A stretch of DNA of 64,000 nt from a virus (taxonomy: Duplodnaviria; Caudoviricetes). Positions 37,419 to 48,675 of this stretch are shown here, in pieces. The number at the start of each line of letters is the position of its first letter. The first letter of the stretch is position 1. The position numbers and the translations under genes were made by a program. The stretch lies in IMG/VR virus record IMGVR_UViG_3300047564_001818, one strand, 5' to 3'. The notes beneath the pieces are model-generated. The model ran no database searches. It saw only the letters and a program-made list of their open reading frames with translations, and had not been told where the DNA came from.

Positions 37419-40400
37419 TTAGACTACGCCGCCTGCATCTATGCTGCTAATGCCTCCATAGTTAGAATCAGGTTGGCCGCCATCTAAGTTGCCAAATGAT
37501 CCTGCTGCTGTACTAGATATAACCAATGCTTTAGGATTACTGCTGGTATCAGTTGTAAGAATAATATTATTGCCCGCAACAATTTCTAAAGTATCTAAAC
37601 CTATAGCAATTAAATCTTCTTCGCCATCTACTTTGATAGTTTTGAAGGTGCTGTTCATACCTATTTTAACTGAGCCCGACCCTAGATCTGTTACGTCAAA
37701 CCCGCTATCAGTGTCAAATCTTATAGTTTCAACATTAAGAACAGTGAGTTGTCCTATGTTGTTGTCGCTGTCTATAGTGCCCACAGTTACAGTAGCACCG
37801 CTGCCTGCTTCACCCTTACTGCCAGTGAAACCAATTTCACCTTGTATACCTTGGCTACCGGTGTAACCAATATCACCCCGACTACCGGTGTATCCGATTG
37901 CCGCAGCTTCACCCGGTATGCCTTGTGAACCCACAAAGCCTGTATCACCTTGTGAACCTGTATAACCAAATTCACCTTGACTACCGGTAAATCCAGTAAA
38001 TCCTCTGCTGCCAGTAAATCCAGTTATACCCTGTGAGCCAACAAAGCCTGTATCGCCCTGTGAACCAGTGTATCCAATTGAACCTGTATAACCCTGTTCG
38101 CCTTGTGAACCTACAAAGCCTGTATCACCCTGTGAACCTACAAATCCAACCGATCCTGTAAATCCATTTGAACCTGTGTAACCCGTGTCACCCTGACTAC
38201 CCGTGTAACCTTGAACACCCTGACTACCGGTATATCCAATAGAACCAGTATATCCTATGTCACCTTGACTACCAGTATAACCTTGATCACCTTGACTACC
38301 AGTATAACCAATTTCACCTCTGCTACCTGTGTAACCTTGATCACCTTGACTACCTGTGTAACCTTGATCACCCTGACTACCCGTGTAACCTTGATCACCT
38401 TGACTACCCGTGTAACCTTGATCACCTTGAGATCCCACAAAACCTGTGTCGCCTTGACTACCTGTGTAACCTTGATCACCTTGGCTACCGGTGTATCCAA
38501 TTGAACCAGTGTAACCAATATCACCTTGTGATCCTACAAAGCCTGTATTGCCTTGTGAGCCAGTGTAACCTTGATCACCTTGTGATCCTACAAAGCCTGT
38601 ATTGCCTTGGCTACCTGTAAATCCAACTTCACCTCGACTTCCTGTAAATCCAACTTCACCTCGACTACCGGTATAACCTAGCTCACCTATATTTCTTACA
38701 ATAAAAGTTCCTACCATCGATCCATGGAATTGGCAAATATAGTACAGTATGTTAGGTGCATCCAGCGGCACTGTAAATGTTATTATACCAGAATCTATAC
38801 CATTATTCAGTACGCCATTTGTATATGCATTATTTGTTCCAGTGGTTTGACTTGTTTTAATCCAAAATGGATGTCCTGGTGCGTTAATATTAAAGTAATA
38901 AGTAGTACCTCTTGCTAGAGTAATTGTAGGATTGTTGCTACCTAGAATTGTATAAGCACTAGCACCACTATTAGAAACTGTGTAAGTTACTCCACCAATT
39001 ATACCTTGTGAACCTACAAAGCCTGTATCGCCTCTACTGCCAGTAAAGCCTTGACTACCATTAAATCCAATAGGTCCTTGACTACCTGTAAAACCAAGGT
39101 CACCTCTACTACCTACAAAGCCGCCGCTGCCTCTACTACCTGTAAATCCTACACCCTGGCTACCAGTGTAACCTTGATCACCTCTAGTACCAATATCACC
39201 TTTGCTGCCAGTAAAGCCTCGACTACCAGTAAATCCTACTAATCCCTGAATACCCGGGAAACCTTGTGAACCTGCAAATCCTCTACTACCTGTAAATCCA
39301 GTATCACCTTGATTACCTTGATTACCTTGATTACCTTGAGATCCAGTAAACCCTCTACTGCCAGTATATCCTAAGAATCCTTGTTCACCTTGACTACCAG
39401 TAAAGCCAGTGTCTCCACGGCTACCAGTATAACCATCAGGATCTCCCTTGTCACCTTTTGATCCAGTAAAGCCGATAGATCCTGTGTAACCAATTGCTGC
39501 TGCTTCACCTGGTATACCCTGTGAACCAACAAATCCAGTTAATCCTCTACTGCCTGTAAATCCAGTATCACCTTGTATACCTTGATCACCTTGCTCGCCC
39601 TGACTACCAGTGAAACCAGTACTGCCCTCACTACCAGTGTAACCCAATGCAGCAAACTCACCCGGTATACCTTGAAGACCTTGCGATCCAGTGAATCCTC
39701 TGCTACCATTAAATCCAGTGTCGCCTTGCGAACCAACGTATCCTGTGTCGCCTTGAAGCCCTTGTGATCCAGTATAACCTTGAAGACCTTGGCTACCTGT
39801 AAAACCAGTGTCGCCACGGCTTCCGTCATAACCGGTTACACCCTGACTACCAGTAAAGCCGATAGATCCTGTGTAACCAACGTCACCCTGCGAACCTGTA
39901 TAACCCAATGCAGCAAACTCACCCGGTATACCTTGGCTACCAGTAAAACCAGTGTCGCCTTGTGATCCTACAAAACCAGTGTCGCCTTGTGATCCTGTGT
40001 ATCCTATAAATGCAGCTTCACCTGGTATACCTTGTGGACCTTGTGAACCAGTAAAACCAATTGGTCCTATTTCACCTTGATCACCTGTATTACCTTTTGA
40101 TCCAGTAAAGCCGATAGATCCTGTATAGCCTATTGGGCCTATTTCGCCAGTGTCACCTTGGCTACCAGTATAACCAAGTTCACCTCTACTACCAGTATAA
40201 CCCGTGTCGCCTTGACTGCCCGTAAACCCTAGTTCACCCTGTGACCCTGTAAGTCCTACGGCAGCAAACTCACCTGGTATACCTTGTGAACCAGTATAAC
40301 CCTGTTCACCTTGTGTTCCTTGGTCACCTTTGCTGCCTACAAAACCAGTGTCACCTCTACTGCCAGTAAAGCCTCGACTACCAGTAAATCCAATAGGTCC

Positions 40401-43400
40401 TTGTATACCTTGCACACCTTGTATACCTTGACTACCTGTGTAGCCGCCAGGATCGCCTTTGGACCCAGTAAAGCCTAGAGGTCCTTGGTCACCTTCAAAA
40501 CCTTGGTCACCTTGCGGGCCTCTAGATCCAGTAAATCCGATAGGTCCTAGGTCTCCTTGGTCACCTCGGTCACCCTTACTACCTATAAAGCCTCTGCTGC
40601 CTGTAAATCCAGTATCGCCTTGTATACCTTGATCGCCTCGGTCACCTTTTGATCCAGTGAAGCCAATGCCAGCACTACCTGTAAAACCTACACTACCAAC
40701 GTCGCCTTTGCTGCCTACAAAGCCAGAGTCACCTTTGCTACCTGTAAAGCCTTTTAGATCTGTAAAGACTATAATGCCTGATATGCTTGGATTTTGCACA
40801 CTTTGATAATAGATAAAATCTTGTATATCACCTGGCGCAGTAAACGCTATTGAAGTTCCGCTTAAACCAATTTGACTACCTGCAGGAAATCCTGGAACAA
40901 CATCTGTGCTGTTGTTTAAGTCAAGTCTAAATGCAATTTGGTTGTTGATGCCTAAAGATTCTAAATTAAAGAAATAGCTTTGTCTTTTTACTAATCTCAA
41001 TGAAGGGTTGTTTTCATTAAAGCCAACTACAGTAAAGTTGCTACTGCTGTTTCCAAAAACATATTCTATTCCGCTTTGGCTACCGGTGTAACCAATGCTT
41101 CCAGTATATCCCAAATCACCACGTGATCCTACAAAACCAGTAATACCTCTGCTGCCAGTAAAACCAATTGATCCTGTAAATCCTCTAGGACCTCGACCAC
41201 TGCCGCCAGTGTCTACAAACTGTGTTAGTGTAAAGTTACCACTAACAGTTGTAGGTTTACTGTCTGTTATAAAAACAGTATATGATGACGTGTTGAATGT
41301 TTGAGTAACTGTACCATTCAAAAAGCCTGTTGTAGTGTCAAATGTTAATCCTGCAGGTAAAGTTTCTGGTTCTATTCTGTAGGATAAAGGTGCTGTTCCG
41401 CCTGTTACTAAGATAGGTTGAAATGCGTTTGTTGCATTCAACTCTAATTCATAGCTAGCGTTGTTGTTAACTACACTCAAAAGTTGTGGCGGTGTTTCAA
41501 CAATTTGTAGGTTAAACTGTGCTGTTGCAGTAGTGTTAGCTTCGTCTGTAACAGTCACAGTATAAACTGTGTCTGCACTCAAAATCAATGGCGTATTTTC
41601 GAGTGTTCCATTGCTGTTATAAGTCAAGGAACTAGGTAAACTAGGTGATATTGTATAGGTTAGTACGCCTGCTCCGCCTGTTGCTGTAACTGGTCTAGCA
41701 GCAGGTTCTGTTCCGCCTACTGGTACAAACTGCACTAGAGTAATTGTAGGCGTGTTTACAGTGATATTGATAGCAGCAAATGTTAACACAAGATCAAACT
41801 GTGCTGTTTGCGTTGTAACTAAATCACTTACTGAAATTTCAACTGTATAAGTTCCTGAGCTAGAAGTTGCTCTACCTGTAATTCTACCTGTAGCAGTGTT
41901 AAAACTTAAACCACTGGGTAACTCTGTTACAGAATAAACATAAGCGCCTTCACCTTGAGATGCAATCACAGGAACAAAGTTTGCATTTGTGCCAATCGTT
42001 AAATTAACAGACGAATTAGGAACTGTTAGTGTTAAGGGCGGCGGTACTGCAACAGTTAAACTAAAAACTCCTGTTTGAGTTCTACTAAAACTGTCTTCTA
42101 ATGTTATAGTAAACGTACTGGTTGATAGAGCTTGTGTAGGTGTGCCGCTGATTACACCATTGTTAAAAATTAATCCTGTTGGCAGTGCAGGCGAAACACT
42201 TAATGTTCTAGGTGCTAGACCTCCTGTGCCTGTTGCTACTGGAGACAGATCGGTGATTGCATTGTTTCTAGTTAAATTTATTGTGGGCCTGTTTATAGTT
42301 AATGCTAGTGCAGGATCATTAACGATCAATGTAATTGTAACAGAATCAGTTTGTGGAACAGTAAATGTATCTGTAGCAGTAATAACATATGCTGTGTTGC
42401 TGAGTTCAGTTGGGTTGCCACTGATTACTCCGCTTGCTGTATTAAAAGTTAAACCGTTGGGCAATGCAGGAGATATATTAAATCTAATAACACCGAAACC
42501 TTGACTACCTGGCACTACACGTAATGGAGTAATTGAGCCTGCGGTTCCTCTTGTTAATGTAAAACTAGATTGGTTATCTATCAGCGCAATGTCAAGTGCA
42601 GGAGGATTGACCACATTTAGACTAAATGTTCTAGTATCAGTCTGTCCTTCGCTGTCAGTTACTCTTACAGTAAAACCTGTACTCGATAGCACAGTGTTTA
42701 CAACTCCAGTGATCTGTCCTGCACTGTTTAAAGTTAATCCTGTGGGCAGTCCTGCACTGGCATTGCTGGTTTCAAATACTTCAAAAGTATAAACTCCACT
42801 GCCGCCGGAGGCTGTTGCAGGAATTAACGGTGTTGCTATTGAGATAGTTCTAGTTAGCGTAAAACTATTTTGTGTTTGTGTTAGAACAAGAACACTGTTT
42901 ATTACATTTAATCTAAATTCACTGCTGGTGGTCTGTCCTGCACCATCTGTTACTGTTACTGTGTAATTGGCTGCAACTGCTGTTGCTGTTGGTGTACCAC
43001 TAATAAAACCTGTGTTTGAAAAACTCAGTCCTGCAGGCAGTGCAGGCGATACTGCGTAGGTTAGTGTACCAAATCCGCCAACAGCAACCACAGGTCTAAA
43101 CTGTGTAAATGCTTCGTTAACAGTTAAGCTAGTAAGAGCAGGTGGCACAGGATTAGCTATGCTGGTTAATGCAGGTGCTGCATCTACTCTTAAATTAAAG
43201 GTGCCTGTTAAACTTTGACTAGCACTGTCGCTAACAGTTACAGTATAGGTTGCTTGTGAACTGGTAACAGTAGGTGTACCTGAAATAAAACCTGTGCTGG
43301 TATTGAGGGTTAATCCTGTAGGTAGTGCAGGTGTAATTGCATAGGTTAACGGAGTTTCTCCGCCGTTACCTCTTACTGGTCTTACGCTTTCAAGTGCTAC

Positions 43401-44891
43401 ATTTCTCGTGGCCACAATATTGCTGACTGTAACACTCACAGACAATACCGCAGGCAATACAGTTAAGTTAAAAGTTTTGCTACTGGTTTGGCCAGCAGCA
43501 TCTGTTACTGTGATAGTGTAAGCAGTTTGACTAGATGTAGCAGTTGGTGTACCAAATATTCTGCCATTGGCAGTGTTTAGGCTTAGATCCGCAGGCAATG
43601 CAGGAGATACTGCATAAGTTAGTGTGCCGAAACCACCACTGGCAACTACGGGTGTTACGTCGGCGCTGGTATTTTTTATTAGTTCTACACTAGCAGTTAC
43701 CAGTGTTGTTACAATAGGAACCAACGTATCAACAGTTATATCAATAGGTAAACTTTGTGTACTGGTAGGCGGCGTGTTTGAATCAGTTACAGTAATCGTA
43801 TAAGTTGTTTTAGGATTACTGAAGGTAGGTGTACCTGATAAAACCGCAGTACTGGTATTAAATGTTAATCCAGCAGTTAGTGGAGGACTAATAGCAAATG
43901 TTCTCGTGCCTACACCGCCTGTGGCAGTGACCAGTGTGTTAGATCCTGCATTAACTGACTGTGTAAATGTATAGGTGGCTGTGGTTCTAGTTACCACAAT
44001 AGGCACAGGAGTAACTGTTAATGAAAACTGTCCTGTACCACTATCTAATAGATTATCTCGAACTGTTACAATATAGGTTTGATTGTTTACTACAACTGTA
44101 GGAGTTCCAGTTATTGCGCCTGTACTGCTGTTAATTAACAGTCCAGTTGGTAGTGCAGGAGAAATAGTGTAAACTAGAGGTGCTTCACCACCTGTGCCGA
44201 CCACAGGTGTAAATGCTGTGGCAGCAACGTTTTGATTGAGTATTTTTGTTTCAGTTAGTGTTGTTGCTACTAATAATGGTCTTATACCTGGGTCAACTGT
44301 TAGATTAAATATGATGTTTTGTGTTCTACCAGTAAAATCTTGTACAGTGATTGCATAGGCTTGATTGTTGATTTCTGTGCCTAATTCAGCTGTGCCAGTT
44401 AACCTTAGTGTTGTACTGTTAACTTTAATGCTGAACCCGTTTGCATCTACTATCGTAACAGGGCCATTGTTGACCGCAGTAACGGTTAATCCACTAGGCA
44501 AAGCAGGCGAAACACTGTTAACTCTCAGTGCAACTCTAAATGTATTAGTACCACTTTGCCCTAACCAAGAGCCGCCGCCATAGACTGTAGCAATACTTGT
44601 GCTGTTGGTTATACCTGCTGTGGTACTAATACTGCCTACTGAAGAATTTATAGACAATGCAGGCGCTTGTCCATTTACGTTTGCTGGAGGTACAATAGAA
44701 CTAGTGTCACCTACCCAACTGGTAGTAGTAGTGGTTTGTCTAGTAACAGGATTGAATACTGTACTTTGTCTCCATATTTCAGGATTACCGGTTTGGTCTG
44801 TTTGACGGAAAAGATCATTAAGAACAAGTCTAGTATCTGAAGCAGTACTAGGTCTTTGATTTTTTGTACTATAAAAAATTATATTAGTCAT
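37419..44891 (-). CDS. 2490-aa tail fibre: tandem putative Ig domains + collagen-like repeats + cupredoxin-like insert
   Basis: repeated ISPALPTGL.LN..TG.I.GTPT; long G(F/Y)TGSQG arrays. Confidence 0.85.
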   Translation of the reverse strand: MTNIIFYSTKNQRPSTASDTRLVLNDLFRQTDQTGNPEIWRQSTVFNPVTRQTTTTTSWVGDTSSIVPPANVNGQAPALSINSSVGSISTTAGITNSTSIATVYGGGSWLGQSGTNTFRVALRVNSVSPALPSGLTVTAVNNGPVTIVDANGFSIKVNSTTLRLTGTAELGTEINNQAYAITVQDFTGRTQNIIFNLTVDPGIRPLLVATTLTETKILNQNVAATAFTPVVGTGGEAPLVYTISPALPTGLLINSSTGAITGTPTVVVNNQTYIVTVRDNLLDSGTGQFSLTVTPVPIVVTRTTATYTFTQSVNAGSNTLVTATGGVGTRTFAISPPLTAGLTFNTSTAVLSGTPTFSNPKTTYTITVTDSNTPPTSTQSLPIDITVDTLVPIVTTLVTASVELIKNTSADVTPVVASGGFGTLTYAVSPALPADLSLNTANGRIFGTPTATSSQTAYTITVTDAAGQTSSKTFNLTVLPAVLSVSVTVSNIVATRNVALESVRPVRGNGGETPLTYAITPALPTGLTLNTSTGFISGTPTVTSSQATYTVTVSDSASQSLTGTFNLRVDAAPALTSIANPVPPALTSLTVNEAFTQFRPVVAVGGFGTLTYAVSPALPAGLSFSNTGFISGTPTATAVAANYTVTVTDGAGQTTSSEFRLNVINSVLVLTQTQNSFTLTRTISIATPLIPATASGGSGVYTFEVFETSNASAGLPTGLTLNSAGQITGVVNTVLSSTGFTVRVTDSEGQTDTRTFSLNVVNPPALDIALIDNQSSFTLTRGTAGSITPLRVVPGSQGFGVIRFNISPALPNGLTFNTASGVISGNPTELSNTAYVITATDTFTVPQTDSVTITLIVNDPALALTINRPTINLTRNNAITDLSPVATGTGGLAPRTLSVSPALPTGLIFNNGVISGTPTQALSTSTFTITLEDSFSRTQTGVFSLTVAVPPPLTLTVPNSSVNLTIGTNANFVPVIASQGEGAYVYSVTELPSGLSFNTATGRITGRATSSSGTYTVEISVSDLVTTQTAQFDLVLTFAAINITVNTPTITLVQFVPVGGTEPAARPVTATGGAGVLTYTISPSLPSSLTYNSNGTLENTPLILSADTVYTVTVTDEANTTATAQFNLQIVETPPQLLSVVNNNASYELELNATNAFQPILVTGGTAPLSYRIEPETLPAGLTFDTTTGFLNGTVTQTFNTSSYTVFITDSKPTTVSGNFTLTQFVDTGGSGRGPRGFTGSIGFTGSRGITGFVGSRGDLGYTGSIGYTGSQSGIEYVFGNSSSNFTVVGFNENNPSLRLVKRQSYFFNLESLGINNQIAFRLDLNNSTDVVPGFPAGSQIGLSGTSIAFTAPGDIQDFIYYQSVQNPSISGIIVFTDLKGFTGSKGDSGFVGSKGDVGSVGFTGSAGIGFTGSKGDRGDQGIQGDTGFTGSRGFIGSKGDRGDQGDLGPIGFTGSRGPQGDQGFEGDQGPLGFTGSKGDPGGYTGSQGIQGVQGIQGPIGFTGSRGFTGSRGDTGFVGSKGDQGTQGEQGYTGSQGIPGEFAAVGLTGSQGELGFTGSQGDTGYTGSRGELGYTGSQGDTGEIGPIGYTGSIGFTGSKGNTGDQGEIGPIGFTGSQGPQGIPGEAAFIGYTGSQGDTGFVGSQGDTGFTGSQGIPGEFAALGYTGSQGDVGYTGSIGFTGSQGVTGYDGSRGDTGFTGSQGLQGYTGSQGLQGDTGYVGSQGDTGFNGSRGFTGSQGLQGIPGEFAALGYTGSEGSTGFTGSQGEQGDQGIQGDTGFTGSRGLTGFVGSQGIPGEAAAIGYTGSIGFTGSKGDKGDPDGYTGSRGDTGFTGSQGEQGFLGYTGSRGFTGSQGNQGNQGNQGDTGFTGSRGFAGSQGFPGIQGLVGFTGSRGFTGSKGDIGTRGDQGYTGSQGVGFTGSRGSGGFVGSRGDLGFTGSQGPIGFNGSQGFTGSRGDTGFVGSQGIIGGVTYTVSNSGASAYTILGSNNPTITLARGTTYYFNINAPGHPFWIKTSQTTGTNNAYTNGVLNNGIDSGIITFTVPLDAPNILYYICQFHGSMVGTFIVRNIGELGYTGSRGEVGFTGSRGEVGFTGSQGNTGFVGSQGDQGYTGSQGNTGFVGSQGDIGYTGSIGYTGSQGDQGYTGSQGDTGFVGSQGDQGYTGSQGDQGYTGSQGDQGYTGSQGDQGYTGSRGEIGYTGSQGDQGYTGSQGDIGYTGSIGYTGSQGVQGYTGSQGDTGYTGSNGFTGSVGFVGSQGDTGFVGSQGEQGYTGSIGYTGSQGDTGFVGSQGITGFTGSRGFTGFTGSQGEFGYTGSQGDTGFVGSQGIPGEAAAIGYTGSRGDIGYTGSQGIQGEIGFTGSKGEAGSGATVTVGTIDSDNNIGQLTVLNVETIRFDTDSGFDVTDLGSGSVKIGMNSTFKTIKVDGEEDLIAIGLDTLEIVAGNNIILTTDTSSNPKALVISSTAAGSFGNLDGGQPDSNYGGISSIDAGGVV

Positions 44892-44899
44892 TCATGTCC

Positions 44900-47035
44900 T
44901 TAATAAACCGTGAGGTCAAATAGCTGTAAGTAACCGTTGCTAATAGCACCAGTATTTACATCGACGTTGTTAACAATTACTTCAAAGCCACTACCACTGT
45001 CATTTAAATCTATACTTAAACTGTCACCTAGAGTATATCCTGTGCCCTGTTCTGTTAATAGTACTTCGAATATTTCTCCAAACAGTACAATCACTGTAGC
45101 TTCTGCGCCTGAGCCACTGCCGCCAGTAAGCGGCACATCATCAAGAATAGCAAATTCACTGTTAGGTTGATAACCTGTGCCTCTATTAACTACCCATCCG
45201 TTGAATGGAATAAAGCTAGTAACAAATAAAGTACCATTAACATAATCATACAGGTAATCGCCTGCTGTAATTCTGCTGTTGCCCAATTCATCAAAATATA
45301 CAAATCCATCACTATAAAATCTAGGAGCACTAGTAGTTTGTACAGTTCCATTGGCAAAAACTATACCAGTTGTAGGATTTGTAGGCAATGTTGTAGTGGA
45401 ACCCAACACAAGGTTGTTAGCTCTAACATTCTTATAGTTTCCCGCAGCGTTTTTTACCTGTAAATCATCTTCTTCATCACTGCTAATAACTGTATTGCCT
45501 AAATGTAAACTACCTGGACCTACGTAGACATCTCTAAATCTATTGGTAGGAGAACCTAGATCTTGTAGATCATCTGTTTCAGGTACAATCGAATAACCTT
45601 CGTTTAGTGTTATTGTATCTAAACTGTTGCTGGTAAAACCGTCAATTGAACCACTGCCTGATCCATCATAACCTACAACTCTACCAAGATTTTGAGTTGA
45701 ATCATCTTCATAGGTAATGACTAATTCATTATCTACAATTGCAGCACTGGTTATACCAAATCCTTGACTACCGGTGTAACCCTGTTCACCTTGCGATCCA
45801 GTAAATCCAATTGATCCAGTATACCCAAGTTCACCTCGTGATCCTACGTAGCCCGCATTACCTTGACTACCAGTATATCCAATTGAACCAGTATATCCCA
45901 AATCACCACGTGATCCTACAAATCCAACATCGCCTTGTGATCCAGTATACCCAATATCACCTTGACTACCAGTATAACCCTGTTCACCTTGTGATCCGAC
46001 AAATCCCGTATCACCTTGACTTCCAGTATACCCAATTTCACCTTGACTACCGGTGTAGCCAATATCGCCCTGTGATCCTACGTAGCCCGTATTACCTTGA
46101 CTTCCAGTAAAACCTATTGAACCAGTGTAGCCAATCTCACCTTGTGATCCTACGTAGCCCGTATCACCTTGTGATCCCGCAAATCCCGTATCACCTTGAC
46201 TTCCAGTGTAGCCAATTGAACCAGTATACCCAAGTTCACCCTGTGATCCTACGTAGCCCGTATCACCTCTGCTACCAGTATAACCAATTTCACCTTGACT
46301 ACCGGTGTAACCAAGTTCACCTTGAGATCCCACAAAACCAGTGTCACCTCTACTACCTGTAAAACCTATTGAACCAGTATAACCTATATCACCCTGTGAA
46401 CCAGTAAATCCTTTACTACCTACAAAGCCAGTATCACCTATGCTACCAGTATAACCAATCAACCCCTGGCTACCAGTGTATCCAATAGAACCAGTGTAAC
46501 CTAGGTCACCTTGACTGCCAGTGAATCCTGTATCACCTCGTGATCCAACAAAACCTCTACTGCCTGTGTATCCTTGCGGTCCTCTAACTGGTCCTACGTT
46601 TTCAAATGCTGAACCTGTCCAAACATGCAATTCGTTGCTTATGAGGTAGCTATCACCTACTGTAGCAATCTGCGGAAGTTGATTAACTGAATTAAAACTG
46701 CCTAGAACATTGATGTTTGAGCCGGCACCGACACCATCGTCGTCTATGCCTATCACACTGATTTTAATAGTACCGTCGGGCTGTGTTTCTAACGCAAAGT
46801 TGCTGCTGTCAAATGCAAGTGTGCTTGTAAATCTAATGTTGGCAAAGTCGCCTTCGGTATAATCTTGCACTCTCAGTGTGTTTAATAGATTACCGCCAGC
46901 CGTTGCACCATCAGAGATCACTATGATTCGTTGATCAGAACTATAAAATAACTCTCCTGTATCGCCAAGAAAAGTTTCTATTTCGGCCGTTGGCTTATAA
47001 GCTGCATGTATTTTAAAGAGGCCCGGTAAGGACAT
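44900..47035 (-). CDS. tail fibre with collagen-like repeats
   Basis: GYTGSQG arrays; IVDNELVIT(F/Y)xDxSxQNLGRVVGY shared with 32092..33921. Confidence 0.8.
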   Translation of the reverse strand: MSLPGLFKIHAAYKPTAEIETFLGDTGELFYSSDQRIIVISDGATAGGNLLNTLRVQDYTEGDFANIRFTSTLAFDSSNFALETQPDGTIKISVIGIDDDGVGAGSNINVLGSFNSVNQLPQIATVGDSYLISNELHVWTGSAFENVGPVRGPQGYTGSRGFVGSRGDTGFTGSQGDLGYTGSIGYTGSQGLIGYTGSIGDTGFVGSKGFTGSQGDIGYTGSIGFTGSRGDTGFVGSQGELGYTGSQGEIGYTGSRGDTGYVGSQGELGYTGSIGYTGSQGDTGFAGSQGDTGYVGSQGEIGYTGSIGFTGSQGNTGYVGSQGDIGYTGSQGEIGYTGSQGDTGFVGSQGEQGYTGSQGDIGYTGSQGDVGFVGSRGDLGYTGSIGYTGSQGNAGYVGSRGELGYTGSIGFTGSQGEQGYTGSQGFGITSAAIVDNELVITYEDDSTQNLGRVVGYDGSGSGSIDGFTSNSLDTITLNEGYSIVPETDDLQDLGSPTNRFRDVYVGPGSLHLGNTVISSDEEDDLQVKNAAGNYKNVRANNLVLGSTTTLPTNPTTGIVFANGTVQTTSAPRFYSDGFVYFDELGNSRITAGDYLYDYVNGTLFVTSFIPFNGWVVNRGTGYQPNSEFAILDDVPLTGGSGSGAEATVIVLFGEIFEVLLTEQGTGYTLGDSLSIDLNDSGSGFEVIVNNVDVNTGAISNGYLQLFDLTVY

Positions 47036-47062
47036 TAGATCCCTCGCTAAATTATATAATAT

Positions 47063-47356
47063 TTAGCGTGTTAATCCGGCTAGTGTTTTTAGGTTATTAA
47101 TATTATCGTTTTGATCCAGGGCGTCTTCTTCATCACCTTCTGCATCATCGTCTAGCATTTTTTCTATCGAAGGCGACTGTTTACCCTGTTCGGCTTTTTT
47201 AAGTTCTAGTTCTTGTTGTTGTGGAGATATCATTACAGGATTTTGATCCAAATCCTCGTCATCAGTGGCTGGTTTTCCTGCAACACTCACACGAGGTTTT
47301 GCCCCGTCTAGGTCGATGGTAATTGGAATGTTAATTGTAATCTCGTCCATACGCAT
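47063..47356 (-). CDS. acidic putative head protein
   Basis: MRMDEI start; late box GTAAATA 47362-47368. Confidence 0.65.
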   Translation of the reverse strand: MRMDEITINIPITIDLDGAKPRVSVAGKPATDDEDLDQNPVMISPQQQELELKKAEQGKQSPSIEKMLDDDAEGDEEDALDQNDNINNLKTLAGLTR

Positions 47357-47370
47357 ACTGTTATTTACCT

Positions 47371-48675
47371 TTAACGTTGTTCAATCCAAGTCATAGTTCC
47401 TGCGGCCGTGGCGTTGTTGGTAGGGCTGGCCATAGCCAATGTTAGTGTGTCGCTGACCGTGCCTAGACTGCTTCTACCTAACTGATATCTAGTGTCTTGA
47501 TTTAGTTCTATCTGTAGGCCTTGAGCATTCACAGACACAAATCCGCTGTCTATGTCTACACCGCCGGTGTATGCTGTGGCAGTTTCGTCATACTGTGTAA
47601 AACTGTTAGGATCAGGCATGTTCACAAAGTTTGCACCTGTTAGCGTAGCATTGAAGATTAACTTGTAGAACACATTGGCGTTGCTGAGAGATATAGCCTG
47701 AAAGTAGGCGGGAAGGACAATGCCGCTCAGTGCGGTGGACTTGAGTCTAATAGTCAACACTGGTCGGAAGATGTTGGGGGCCCCTAGGCTCTTGCCTGTG
47801 ATAGTAGAAGTAATATTCTGTGCGATACCTAGTTTGCCCACTACACCTTCTGATATGACACTGTTAGATCCTTGGAACATCCTGTGTGTACCTGGCACGC
47901 CAGTGACATTGGTTAGTTCTAACCGTATGGGCAGGAATGGTGTGGAGGTGTATACAGTGGATATGCGGTTGGCGTGATAAAATGTGTGTATGGTATGAGC
48001 AGCACCATCTATGATAAACTTTATCTTTACAGCACCAGCTCCATACCACTCATAGTCAAACAACACCAACTGTTGTGCTGTAGGATCAGCTACAATACCA
48101 CTGATACCCAGTCCATCCAGTCTATCACCGTTCCACTGTTCTCTAGGTATGCGTGTCAGTGTTGGACCGCCGGGTCCGTTGAAGTTGCGTATGCAACAGT
48201 AATAGTTACCATCGCCGCCATCTTCAAAGAAGATACCATCACGCTCGTTGAACAGTCCAAAACGACGGCGTACTCCTATAACAGGTGCTTCCAACCTTAT
48301 GCCAAAACTTAGTTCTGAACTGCGACCAGGAATGTATCTCATCACATTACGAGTCTGTCTGATGACTTCAGCCCCTACTGTGTCATCAACTTCCATAATC
48401 ACTCCGCTGACTGTGACATCGTGAACAGCAGAGCCGCCTGTGGTGACAGCTTCATCCCACACATCGGTTTCTTTACCAAACTGAAAGGTGTTGAAGAACT
48501 GTGTTTCGTAGTTGCTGACTTTGATTCTGTTCTTGCTGGTATAGTCTCCAGAACTGTCAGTGGTTCGTAAGATTGGTTTGCCATCAAAGTTGTAGTCTAG
48601 GGCATGATGGATGTCATTGGTGTTGGGTTCGAAACTGTGAACATAGTTAGTGCTGTTGGGATTTAGGTTAGGCAT
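47371..48675 (-). CDS. putative virion structural protein
   Basis: 434 aa beta-rich. Confidence 0.65.
   Translation of the reverse strand: MPNLNPNSTNYVHSFEPNTNDIHHALDYNFDGKPILRTTDSSGDYTSKNRIKVSNYETQFFNTFQFGKETDVWDEAVTTGGSAVHDVTVSGVIMEVDDTVGAEVIRQTRNVMRYIPGRSSELSFGIRLEAPVIGVRRRFGLFNERDGIFFEDGGDGNYYCCIRNFNGPGGPTLTRIPREQWNGDRLDGLGISGIVADPTAQQLVLFDYEWYGAGAVKIKFIIDGAAHTIHTFYHANRISTVYTSTPFLPIRLELTNVTGVPGTHRMFQGSNSVISEGVVGKLGIAQNITSTITGKSLGAPNIFRPVLTIRLKSTALSGIVLPAYFQAISLSNANVFYKLIFNATLTGANFVNMPDPNSFTQYDETATAYTGGVDIDSGFVSVNAQGLQIELNQDTRYQLGRSSLGTVSDTLTLAMASPTNNATAAGTMTWIEQR

Noticed and set aside
25397-46362. Many opposite-strand or alternate-frame ORFs over Gly-rich and collagen repeats (e.g. 25408..25854, 38211..38504, 45811..46110)
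   Set aside because: Shadows of repetitive codons, no RBS or promoter
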